A stretch of DNA of 64,000 nucleotides from the human T2T-CHM13v2.0 reference genome, Homo sapiens: NCBI RefSeq assembly GCF_009914755.1, contig NC_060929.1, one strand, 5' to 3'. Below, piece by piece: positions 1 to 11,451 of the stretch. How positions within the stretch are numbered: position 1 is the stretch's first letter; each line of letters begins with the position of its first letter. Made by a program: the position numbers and the translations under genes. The notes under the pieces are model-generated. The model was not told the DNA's origin and did not search any database. It saw only the letters and a list, made by a program, of their open reading frames with translations.

Positions 1-596
1 TCTTTCGTATGTTAGCTTTTGAAAATGCAAACCACGAATGTAAAATGGCCATGCATTCTGTCCAATGACAAAATTTACCTGATCACGAGGTGTTGCCTGC
101 ATATATTAAAGCTTGTGAAGGCATTGGATCAGACACCCACAAAGCTATTCTGTGGGCACAGGCCTTGAAAGACACCAACCAAACTGGTCCCACTAATTAT
201 TCTCTTGGAGCCTGCTATAATTGTGGCCAACTTGGTCATACTCGAAAAAATTGCAGTTAAAAACTTACAAGTGGCCAAGCCGGCTCAACACACATGGCCA
301 AATGCTGCTCCTACTGTTTGCCCATGTTGTTGCAAGGTAAACATTGGGCACATATTTGCTGCTCTAGGTATGATATAGATGGAAACCCCCTGCCACAACA
401 CCAGGGAAATGGGGAGCGGGGCCTGTCCCAGGCCCCGACATCAAATGGGATGCTTCAAACTCAGACCGATGTTGTGTTTCCACTTCAGGCCATCCCAATG
501 CAACCCCCAGCACAAACAAATCTACCTACAGCCAAACCAAATGGGTTCCAGCCTCTCCTTCTGTCTCAGTACAATGCTTGTCCACCTCCACAGTAG
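1..596 (+). pseudogene. gag: HERV-K gag 3' end (capsid C-terminus and nucleocapsid), disrupted
   Basis: Frame 3 reads LAFENANHECK...YIKACEGIG...CYNCGQLGHTRKNC (CCHC knuckle). In-frame TGA at 66-68 and a TAA just after knuckle 1. Second knuckle (..KHWAHIC) is frameshifted. Ends CPPPQ* at 596. Confidence 0.9.
404..410 (+). promoter_or_regulatory. gag-pro -1 ribosomal frameshift slippery site remnant (G GGA AAT)
   Basis: X XXY YYZ heptamer in the gag frame, at the position equivalent to betaretroviral GGGAAAC. The -1 frame from here is the open pro frame. Confidence 0.7.
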
Positions 597-1391
597 GAGG
601 CGGGGCAGTTGATCTCTGTAGTACTATTCCTCTGAATTTACTACCTGACTCTTTGCCTTTGATTGTCCCCACTGGCCCTTTACCTCAAGGTTCAGTGGGC
701 CTGGTGTTAGGTAGGGCATCTAGCTCTGCTAAAGGAATCACCATTCATACTGGTCTCATTAATTCTGATTCCGTTGATGAGATTAAATTAATCACATCTG
801 CCAAGGTTCCTGTTTCCATTCTGGCTGGTGAGTCAATCGCTCAATTGCTTTTACTACCTAATATCATTTTAAACAAAGGAGATAAGACACGTGGCCCTGG
901 GATGGGCTCCAGAGGTGAAAAGGCCGCTTATTGGATTAATGTAATTTCTAAACAAAGGCCCACCTGCACCATACACATTCAAGGAAGAAAGTTTGAGGGC
1001 CTAGTAGATACTGGTGCTGATGTTTCTGTTATTTCCTCTAGTTTATGGCCTTCCTCTTGGCTTAAACATCCCACTAACATGGGACTAGTAGGTGTTGGAA
1101 AGGCCGAGGAAGTTTATGGGAGCACATTTATCTTGCCTTGCACTGGCCTTGATGGTCAAAAGGGTACAATTCAGCCCTATATCATGACAATTCCTATTAA
1201 TATTTGGGGTAGAGATTTACTGGCACAATGGGGGGCTGAAATTAATATTCCACATAACTCTTATAGTGCTCCCAGTCAGCACATGATGGAAAATAGGGGG
1301 TTTGTTCCTGGACTCGGTCTTAGTCCAAAGCATGAAGGGATTACTAAACTCCTCCCAGTTACTATAAAAGAAAACAGGTTATCCTTTTTAG
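404..1391 (+). CDS. pro: HERV-K pro: degenerate dUTPase, aspartic protease and G-patch; frame open and running into pol until 1636
   Basis: No stop in this frame from 404 to 1634. Motifs GAVDL, GRAS, GLINSDS (dUTPase), LVDTGADVS and WGRDLL (protease), [13 protein letters not shown] (G-patch). Confidence 0.85.
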
Positions 1392-4085
1392 TGGTGGCTG
1401 CTGCCACACCTCCTGATCCTATTCCTTTACAGTGTAAATCTGACACACCCGTTTGGATTCAGCAGTGGCCACTTTCTAAAGAAAAACTGGAGGCTTTAAC
1501 TCACTTGGTTTCTGAGCAGTTACTACTTGGAAATGTGGAACCTTCTCTTTCCCCTTGGAATTATCCTGTGTTTCTAGTAAAAAAGAAATCAGGCACATGG
1601 CAGATGGTAACCGATTTAAGGGCATTAACGCTGTAATTAAACCTATGGGGGCCGTCCAACCTGGCATGCCTGCCCCTGCTTTAATACCTAAAAATTGGCC
1701 TCTCATAGTTATTGATCTTAAAGATTGTTTTTTTCATATTGCTTTACATAAATAGGATTGTGAGAAATTTGCTTTTACTGTACCATCTATCAATAATCAG
1801 GAGCCTGCAGCTCGTTATCAATGGAAAGTACTTCCTCAGGGAATGCTAAATAGCCCTACAATCTGCCAGCTTTATGTTGGACAAGTGCTTTCACCAGTTC
1901 GAGCCCAATTTCCTGAGGCCTATATTCTTCATTATATTGATGATATTTTAATTGCTGCCCCCACAGATAAAGAATTAATTGACTGTTACCAAATTTTGAA
2001 CCGCTGTGTTACAGAGGCCGGATTACACATCGCTCAGGATAAAATTCAACAGACCACTCCTGTTCAATATTTAGGAATGGTGGTCGATAAACAATGTATT
2101 CAACCTCAAAAAGTTCAAATTAGGAGAGATTCTTTAAAAACTTTAAATGACTTCCAAAAACTTTTGGGTAACATTAATTATTTAAGACCTACTTTAGGCA
2201 TTCCGACCTATGCATTGTCTAACTTGTTTTCTATGCTGAGGGGAGCTTCCGATCTCCACAGCCCCAGGACTTTGACCCCTGAGGCTTTACTAGAACTGGA
2301 ATTCATAGAGGAAAGAATCCAGACTGCCCAGTTATCTAGAGTAAAGCCGTTTCAGCCTTTTCAGCTTCTGGTTTTTGCTTCATTACACTCCCCTACTGGA
2401 CTAATAATTCAACATAATGATTTAGTGGAGTGGTGTTTTCTTCCTCATACTGTGTCAAAAACTTCATCTGTTTATCTAGACCAAATAGCCATATTAATTG
2501 GACAGGCTCAGTGCAGAATACTTCAAATTTCTGGATTTGATCCAAATGCAATTGTAGTTCCTTTAAATCAGCTCAAAGTTCAAGCTCCCTTTCAACATTC
2601 TGTACTGTGGCAAATTCACTTGGCTGATTTTATTGGCTTATTGACAATCACTATCCAAAAAACAAATTGTTTGATTTCATACAAATGACATCTTGGGTGG
2701 TTCCTCAATTAACCAAAGATCAATCCATTCCTGAGGCCATTGTTCACTGAGCCATTGTTCACTGATGGCTCCAGTAATGGCAATGCTGGTTATATAGGTC
2801 CTACAGACAAACTTATTTCTACCTCTTATACTTCTGCTCAAAAGGTGGAGTTAATTGCTGTGATTACTGCCTTACAGGATTTCCCCAAATCTTTCAATAT
2901 TGTCTCAGATTCTGTTATGTTGTACATGCCACTAAAAATATAGAAACTGCTACTATCAAACATATCGATAATTCTGAATTGGCTTCTTTATTTTCAAGGT
3001 TACAACAGGTGGCTTGCCAATGTAGACACCCTTTCTATATTACACATATTAGATCTCATACCACTTTACCAGGATCCATGTCTGCCGGTAACCATAAAGT
3101 CGACTGTTTGGTCTCTTTTACAACCCAAGAAGCTCAGGAGTTCCATAATCTCACTCATGTCAATGCTGCTGGATTAAAAGATAAATTTTCTCTTATCTGG
3201 AAACAGGCTAAGTTTATTGTTCACAGCTGCCCTCAGTGCCAGGTCTTCGTACTTCCAAATCAGGAAACTGGCATTAATCCTAGAGGCCTAACTCCTAATG
3301 CTTTATGGCAAATGGATGTGACTCATGTTAGCTCCTTTGGCAGACTGTCATATGTGCATGTCTCTGTAGATACCTTCTCAGGTTTTATCTGGGCTACTTG
3401 CCAAACAGGGGAAGGCACGGCCCATGTTAAAAAACATCTGTATTCTTGCTTTGCAGTTATGGGGCTTCCATATCAAATAAAGACAGACAATGTCCCTGCA
3501 TATGTTAGTAAGGCTTTTGATACATTTATGCAACAGTGGGGAATTTCCCATATTACTGGAATCCCTTGCAATCCTCAGGGACAAGCTGTGGTGGAATGGG
3601 CCAATCGCACTTTAAAAACCCAACTGTCCAAACAGTCTGAACAACCAAAACATGATTTAACTACTCCCCACTTCCAATTACATTTGGCATTGTTTACTTT
3701 AAATTTTTTAAATGTTCCTAAAGATAATATTCTAACTGCAGCTGAATGCCATTATACAGGCAAAAAATTCTCCTTAAATGAAGGCAAGCCAGTGTTATGG
3801 AAAAACTCCCAAACCAATACCTGGGAACCTGGCACAATTATAACGTGGGGAAGAGGATATGCTTGTGTTTCACCAGGAGATCATCAATCCCCTGTGTGGG
3901 TACCCACCAGAAGACTCAAGCTTCGGGTGAATACTGACAATGAAAACCACAGAGGAAAGACATCTGTGTCAGAGACTGCCCTCAGACGTGGTGAGATCTG
4001 TGCCAACTCCTCAGAAACAGGCACACCAAATCACAATGGGTTTAAATCAATCCTCCCTGATGGCAATGAAGACCCATCTAACTAA
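1383..4085 (+). pseudogene. pol: HERV-K pol (RT, RNase H, integrase), frameshifted with stops; integrase segment open
   Basis: [65 protein letters not shown]. Frameshift near 1622, TAG at 1753-1755, further shifts at ~2640-2950. Confidence 0.93.
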
Positions 4086-6042
4086 TCCCACTTCTAATTA
4101 CCTTTCTTTTTCTCCTTACAAACCTAAAAATCTCACCGTTTCTATTAGCCTTAAAAAAAAATCCCTCTGTTCTTCCCTTCCTCCTTCAGCACTCAATCTC
4201 ACTTACACTAGGTTTTATTTAATGATTCTCCTCCTCATACTTTCTGTCTCACCAGTTTCCTCTCACACTGATTTACCTGCTACACATGATTATTCTTATT
4301 GGGCTTATGTGCCTTTTCCTCCACTTATTCAACCTCTCACCTGGATAGATGCTCCTGCAGAAATCTACACTAACCACAGTGTGTGGATGCCTGGAGGCAC
4401 AGATGACCATTGCCCTTCTCAACCAGGAGAAGAAGGCACTGCATTTAATGTTAACATGGGTTACAAATATCCCCCTCTGTGCCTCAGACATGCACCTGGT
4501 TTTATGCATCTAGAAACTCAAATCTGGGCTGCTTATCTTCCATAAAGATCAGCTACAGATAAAACAGGACATTTGGTCTCTGGCCTCTCCCTTTCTCCTT
4601 TAAAACAAATGAAAGGAGGAGTAATGGGAGATAACTCCATATTTTCAATATAAACCTGCAGGAAAACCATGCCCTAAAAATTTTGAGGGCCCATCTAAAA
4701 CTTTAATTTGGGAAAATTGTGTTAACTCACATGCAGTAATATTAAAAAATGACTCATATGGTTTAGTAATAGACTGGGCACCAAAGGGCTATTTAAAAAA
4801 CAATTGCTCCTCTGGTGGAAGGGAATGCCTGGAAGCTACTTATTTTATTTCTTATCAGGAGAATGAGAATCATCATTCTACTTTGCATAGGAGGTTCAAC
4901 TCATTCTTTCCCTTAAAATGGGAAGATAAAGGCATTATCCCTGCCAGGCTTCGTATGATACTCCCCATTCTGAGCCCAGAACACCCAGAACTTTGGAAAT
5001 TGGCTATTGCCATGTCTGGACTGCGAGTATGGGAAGGTAAAACTATTCTGTCTGTTGTCCCCACTACCGTCCCACTCTCTCTCAGTATCAATGTAGATCC
5101 AGACATTCTGCTTTACTTTCCTCCAACCTGACTGTTCCTATACAGAGTAGTGTTAAGCCCCCTTACATGCTGTTAGTGGGAAATATCAAAATTTGGATGA
5201 ACAATCAAACTGTCCAATGCATTAATTGTCATTTATACACTTGTATTAACTCCCCTTTTGACTCCAGGAAAAGTGTAATGTTGGCTCAAGCTCGAGAAGG
5301 AATCTGGATTCTGGTAACTTTACCCAGACCTTGGGAATCCTCCCCCTCAATACATTTAATTAATAAAGTGCTACAGTGAATTCTAAAAATATCTAAGAGA
5401 TTTGTTTTCACTTTAATTGCTGTTATCATGGGCCTAATTACTGTCACTGCAATGGCCACCACTGCCAGAATGGCATTACACCAATCCTTTCAAACAGCTC
5501 ATTTTGTTAATGATTGGCAAGCCAATTCCACCCAAATGTGGAAGTCTCAACAAGGCATCTATCAAAAATTGACAAATCAAATTAATGATTTACAAAAGTC
5601 TGTTATTTGGCTTGGAGATCGGGTGATGAGTCTCGAACACCACATGCAAATGCAGTGCGATTGGAATACTTTGGATTTCTGTATCACCCCGTATTCCTAT
5701 AACAAGACTGATCATTCATGGGAAATGGTCAAAGGACACCTTCTGGGTAGGGAACATAATTTATCATTGGACATAACTAAATTAAAGAAACAAATTTTTG
5801 AAGCCTCTCAAGCTCACTTATCCATTGTTCTTGGAGCTGAGGCGTTAGATCAGGTGGCAGAAAATCTTTATGGATTAAACCCCATGACTTGGATTAAGTC
5901 TACTGGGGGCTCCACTGTAGTAAATTTTGGAATTATGTTTCTCCGTTTAATCGGCTTGTTTTTAGTGTGCTGGACCACTCAAAGAATCCCGCATCAAAAT
6001 CGAGAGAACAAACAAGCCTTCATCGCCATGGCACATTTATAA
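3940..6042 (+). pseudogene. env: HERV-K env (leader, SU, TM), disrupted
   Basis: Hydrophobic signal LLLILSVS, then YWAYVPFPPLI. Degenerate furin site ISKR|[13 protein letters not shown] at ~5389-5400. TM QINDL...[12 protein letters not shown]. Stops at 4543 and 5377 plus frameshifts. TM fragment ORF 5428-6042. Confidence 0.92.
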
Positions 6043-6059
6043 AAAAAGAAAGGGAGAGA
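6041..6059 (+). other. Polypurine tract of the HML-8 provirus
   Basis: AAAAAAAGAAAGGGAGAGA immediately before the LTR TG. Confidence 0.9.
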
Positions 6060-7160
6060 TGTTGTGGGAAGTCAGGGACCCCGAATGGAGGGACCGACTG
6101 AAGCCATGGCAGAAGAATGTGGATTGTGAAGATTTCATGGACATTTATTAGTTCCCCAAATTAGTACTTCTTTAATTTCTTATGCCTGTCTTTACTGCAA
6201 TCTCTAAACATAAATTGTGAAGATTTCATGGACACTTATCACTTCCCCAATCAATACCCTTGTGATTTCCTATGCCTGTCTTTACTTTAATCTCTTAATC
6301 CTGTCATCTTGTAAGCCAAGGAGGATGTATGTCACCTCAGGACCCTGTGATGATTGCGTTAACTGCACAAATTGTAGAGCATGTGTGTTTGAACAATATG
6401 AAATCTGGGCATCTTGAAAAAAGAACAGGATAACAGCAATGTTCAGGGAACAAGAGAGATAATCTTAAACTCTGACCACCGGTGAGCCAGGTGGAACAGA
6501 GCCACATTTCTCTTCTTTCAAAAGCAAATGGGAGAAATATCACTGAATTCTTTTTCTCAGCAAGGAACATCCCTAAGAAAGAGAATGTGCCCCTGAGGGT
6601 GGGCCACTAAAATGGCCCCCTTGGGTGTGGCCATCTTCTATGGTTGAGACTGTAGGGACGAAATAAGCCCTAGTCTCCCATAGTGCTCCCAGGCTCATTA
6701 GGATGAGGAAATTCCCACCTAATAAATTTTGGTCAGACCGGTTGCTCTCAAACCCTGTCTCCTGATAAGATGTTATCAATGACAATGGTGCCCGAAACTT
6801 CGTTAGCAATTTTAATTTTGCCCAGGTCCCGTGGTCCTCTTATCTCACCCTGCCTCCATTTGCCTAGTGATATTCTATTGCCTTGTGAAGCATGTGATCT
6901 CTGTGACCCACACCCTATTCGTACACTCCCTCTCCTTTGAAAATCCCTAATAAAAACTTACTGGTTTTGCCAATTGTGGGGCATCACGGAACCTATCAAC
7001 ATGTGATGTCTCCCCCGGATGCCCAGCTTTAAAATTTCCCTCTTTTGTACTCTGTCCCTTTATTTCTCAACCTGGCTGAAGCTTAGGGAAAATAGAAAAG
7101 AACCTATGTGAAATATCAGGGGTGAATTTTGCCCAATATCTGGCTGAATTTCCCCTGATA
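6060..7160 (+). mobile_element. MER11 (MER11A-like) 3' LTR
   Basis: MER11 start. Internal ~90-bp direct repeat (ATTGTGAAGATTTCATGGACA at 6123 and 6213). AATAAA at 6949-6954. Ends GAATTTCCCCTGATA. Confidence 0.9.
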
Positions 7161-7460
7161 TTGTTTAGTTATTTTTTCTCTAGCTCTTCTTCTGTCCACC
7201 TTCCCCACTTCCTACTTAGTCCTTTAGAAGTGCAACTGTAGTCTTTTACCTCCTCCTTTACCAGACTCTCCCTACAGGGCAAGTTCATCTGGCTATGTAT
7301 TCCAAGGCAGGACTCTGGAGAGTTAACAGTAGACTTCCAAACCAAAGCATGCCTGCTAAGGAACTTTCACCCTCCAGAGGGTTGCCTGGAGAGATAATTG
7401 CTTTCCCACAAGGAGCCAGCAGTCACCACCATCTGGTAGATAAAGCAATGGAGCTAGCTC
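7161..7460. mobile_element. Probable older LTR fragment forming the HML-8 integration site (family not assigned)
   Basis: Composition and motifs resemble ERV LTR relics. Not confidently recognised. Confidence 0.35.
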
Positions 7461-7479
7461 CATAATAATTTTGCCAAGT

Positions 7480-7700
7480 AAGCAATGTAGTATATGCAGT
7501 GTTTAATAGTTTGAGCTCTGAAATCAGACTGCTGAATTTTACTCCCATCTCTTCCTCCTATTTGTATAGTCTTAAGAGAGTATCTTCTTTTGAACCCTCT
7601 TTTTAACAGAAACTTAAAACTGGAATTAACACTACCAATCTAAAAGATTAGTTGTATAAATTAAAGAGAGAATTCATGGCTTAGCTATAGAACTATGATA
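7480..7700 (+). mobile_element. MIR SINE relic
   Basis: GCTCTGAAATCAGACTGCTG core similarity, highly diverged. Confidence 0.5.
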
Positions 7701-8030
7701 GCACTTGGATGTTGAATGAAATTGTGATACAACTATCTTCTTGTCTAGATTGCCAGATTTTCTATAGGAGGTACCATATGTTATTTAGTTTTTTGTCTCA
7801 AGCATGATGTATATTTACACAAATATATACTATATATGTAACAAAATGCAATTAGTTTAGGTAAAAAGTGAAGAAATACATCTGATTTTATTTTTTCCAT
7901 GTTAATTTACATACCAGGATCAATACAAGTTTTTATCTTTTATGAAATATAGTTAATCATATATAAAAATGTGAAGAGAAATATAGTCATCCAACTGTAT
8001 AGGTAGGACATCTTAGGTTCCAAGAGTGTA

Positions 8031-8041
8031 TACACACACAT

Positions 8042-8078
<37 letters not shown>
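8031..8078. repeat. (CA)n microsatellite
   Basis: Seen directly. Confidence 0.95.
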
Positions 8079-8082
<4 letters not shown>

Positions 8083-8084
<2 letters not shown>

Positions 8085-8543
8085 GATAGGCTGAAATAAA
8101 AATGGCTTCTTAAAGATATATTCACTTCCTAATTCCAAGGACCTGTAAATATTATATGGCAAATGAGTGAATGTTATACTTTTGTTATACAGCAAAAGAT
8201 GTGATTAAGAATCTTGAGATGAGGGGCTTATCCTGAATTATCCAGGTCCTGAATGCCAGTACAAGTATCCTTATAAGAGAGATGGAGAGGAGAATTAACA
8301 TACACAGAGAAGGTGATGTGAAGATGAAGTCAGACAACAGAGTGATATGGCAGCAAACCAAAAAAAAATGGGCATCCGCCAGAAGCTAAAGAGGCAGGAA
8401 TGAGTTCTCCCCCAGGGACTCTGTAAAGGGTGTGTTCCTGCCTACACTTTAATTTCAACTTGTAGCCCCCAGAACTGTGAGATAATAGATTTCTGTTTTA
8501 AGCCACTAAAATGCTGATACTGTGTTAGGCAACCCTAGGAAAC

Positions 8544-8548
<5 letters not shown>
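8083..8548 (+). mobile_element. MLT1C/D-like MaLR solo LTR
   Basis: GTGATTAAGAATCTTGAGATG, CCAGAAGCT, CCAGAACTGTGAGA...TTTAAGCCAC...CCCTAGGAAACTAA. Confidence 0.8.
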
Positions 8549-8592
<44 letters not shown>

Positions 8593-8640
8593 CTCTCTCT
8601 CTGTCTCTCTCACACACACACACAAACACAAACACACACA
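8547..8640. repeat. (CA)n(CT)n(CA)n compound microsatellite
   Basis: Seen directly. Confidence 0.95.
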
Positions 8641-9278
8641 GAGTTTCTGGGATCATGATTACATAAACAGCTTTAAAAATACTTGCTAAATATCTGGTTT
8701 ATGAGTAAAGGGAATTCTCCAGGATTCAAGTGTTCCTGAACCCCTGAAACCCTGGCCAAGAGCTGAGAAATGCTAAAAAAATAGAAACTGTGCATAAGTC
8801 ATCCCCATCTGTTTAACCCTAGGCAAGGCAGCATGGAGACTTGTACATAGAGAGTTTAGCAATAAAGAGAAGAAAAACACAAAGATTTTCCAAAAAAATT
8901 AAAGAAACTTACTTAGGATTTTATAGAGGCATAGAAGAGAAATCTAGAACTGATTTTCTTGGACAGTGGTTCTTATCATTTAATAAAATCAGTAGTAGAG
9001 ATTTTTTAAGTATAAAGTTAATCAGTTAGTACTCCTGGGGAAAGGGGCCCAGACCTTTGTGTTTTCAGAAGCAGAAGGTTGGATAAAAGAACGGAAGCTA
9101 CTCCTTTAACTTTTGAAAATAAATTTCTTTCTTTATACTGAGCTGCAGAAAGCTAAGTCTAAGAGTAGGTGCCCTTGAGAAATAGAATGGAAAAAGATAG
9201 ACTGTATCACAAAATTTCAGTAATATGCCATTTACCCTTTCTTGAAAACCAGGCTTAAGTACAGAATATTCCATAGTC

Positions 9279-9645
<367 letters not shown>

Positions 9646-10019
9646 TTAGTCCTGCAAAACATCACATAACTTTCTGATCAAAAACATAAGAAGTCTTTTA
9701 TGGTTAACTGAGAAAATAAAAATGGAAGTACTCTGATTCATTACAAAAGCCTCTTGTCCATAACCAGACTAAATAAAAACTTAACTTTCCTTGTATTAAT
9801 GATTAAAAATGTAGGAGAAAAAAATCCTTTTTCTCATCACCACATTCTATTTCAATTCAACAGATGTGCCATTGAGACCCTTTTGCTCTTTGTTGATATT
9901 TGAACAAACTGATAACAAAATGTATCCTCACTATTTAGTACTAGCAATGAATTAGCCAATTTAACGAGTATTTTGAGGAAAACTTCATTTACTAAGCATC
10001 TATGTGTGCATCATGATAC

Positions 10020-10215
10020 TTTAAGCATTGGGCTTTGAAATCAGACAAAATTGGTTTCCAATCCTGGCCTATCTATATGATAGCCATGTGATTTTTGGAC
10101 AAGTTTTTAAGATATCTTAATCTTAGTTTCTTCTTCATAAAATAGAGATAATTAAATCTCCTTCATTGAATGGAATCATGGATATAAAGCATCTGGTACA
10201 TAGGTAGCACTCAGG
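10020..10215 (+). mobile_element. MIR SINE relic
   Basis: GGCTTTGAAATCAGAC...AATCCTGGC...TGTGATTTTTGGACAAGTT...TTTCTTCTTCATAAAAT. Confidence 0.65.
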
Positions 10216-10496
10216 CAAAGTTCTTGTTCCTGTAATAAACTAAGTAAATAAAAGGCTAGTCATCCTACCCAAGATGCTAGGGTAAAAACTGGCAGTCATT
10301 GAAAGACTATTAGGTACACTTTCTAAGAACCTAACTAGGCTGAGTTATCATTGTCCAGAGACCACCTATTGGAAGAGCTTAGGTCACAGGATTAACTGGA
10401 AACTAAGTTAGTTTAGGAAGTGGACTCCATAGGACACAAAACTAGTGCCAGTTCTGCTGCTTTCTTGGAGATCCAGGAAGACTGCATCAAAATTAG

Positions 10497-10756
10497 TTTC
10501 TTAGTTCAGTCTGATATAACAGAATACCATAGACTTGGTTGTTTATACAACAGAAATTAATTTCTCACAGTTCTGGAGTCTGAGAAGTCCAAGATCAAAA
10601 TGCCAATAGATTTTATTCCTGTTGAAGACCCACAACCTGGTTTTCAGTGGCCATCTTCTGATTGTAATCTCACATAGCAGAGAGCAGAGAAAGAGAAAGC
10701 AATCTCTCTCATGTCTTTTTATAAGGACACTAATCTCACTTATAACTTATTACCTC
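10497..10756 (-). mobile_element. MLT1A/B-like MaLR LTR, left piece (split by the MER4 provirus)
   Basis: TTTCTCACAGTTCTGGAG..AAGTCCAAGATCAA..TTATAAGGACACTAATC..TTACCTC. Continues at 27913. Confidence 0.8.
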
Positions 10757-10930
10757 TGTTGATAAAAAGAGTAAAATTCTGTAAAATATTTGGAGAGATT
10801 TAAGCTGAGCCCAATATGAATGACCAAGGACACTAATCTCACTTATGACTTATTACCTTTGTTGATAAAAAGAGTGAAATTCTGTAAAATATTTGAAGAG
10901 ATTTAAGCTGAGCCCAATATGAATGACCAA
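10725..10930. repeat. 103-bp tandem duplication spanning the MLT1/MER4-LTR junction
   Basis: Copies 10725-10827 and 10828-10930, with 4 differences counted by eye. Confidence 0.92.
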
Positions 10931-11451
10931 TGGCCCATAACACAGCCTCAGGAGATCCTGAGAACATGTGCCCAAGGTGGTAGGGATACAGTTTGGCTTT
11001 ATACATTTTAGGAAGACAAAAGATGTCAATCAATATATGTAAAATGTACATTGGTTTGGTCTGAAAAGGCAGGACAACTGGAAGTGGGGGCTTCCAAGTC
11101 ATAGGCAGATTCAAAAATTTCCTGATTGTCAATTGGTTGAAAGAATTATTATCAATATAAAGGAATGTCTGGGTTACAATAGGAGGTGGTGGACAACAAG
11201 GTTTTATGGTGCAGATGAAGCCTCCATGTGGAAGGCTTCAGAGAGACTAGATTGTAAATTTTTCTTATGAGACTTAAGGAGTCTGTTCTATCAGTAATTC
11301 CAAAAGGGAGCAAAGTATAATGAGGCATGTCTGACTTCTGCTTCCCATTATGGCATGAACTACTTTTTTAGGTTAACTTTGAAATGCACTTTCCAAGAGG
11401 ATGGGTCCACTCAGATGGTTGGGGGGCTTAGAATTTTACTTTCAGTTTACA
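10860..11451 (-). mobile_element. MER4-group (MER4B-like) 3' LTR
   Basis: Plus strand TGTTGATAAAAAGAG...CAGTTTACA, followed by the pyrimidine tract TTCTTCCCCTTCTGG (reverse-complement PPT). Confidence 0.88.

Larger units (their letters stand above)
1..7160 (+). mobile_element. HERV-K(HML-8)/HERVK11 provirus, 3' portion (5' LTR and most of gag lie upstream of the window)
   Basis: Betaretroviral order gag-pro(dUTPase+PR+G-patch)-pol-env-PPT-LTR. The LTR begins TGTTGTGGGAAGTCAGGGACCCCGAA, the MER11 start. Confidence 0.9.

Noticed and set aside
5428-6042. 204-aa env TM ORF as a possible domesticated envelope
   Set aside because: SU has stops and frameshifts, the furin site is degenerate (ISKR), and charged substitutions occur in the fusion peptide and membrane anchor.
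6120-6300. Direct repeats resembling a repeat-spacer array
   Set aside because: This is the normal internal duplication of MER11 U3. The DNA is eukaryotic and there is no CRISPR array.
10839-11132. Similar ORFs at 10839 and 27364 suggesting a duplicated gene
   Set aside because: They are the two LTRs of one MER4 provirus.
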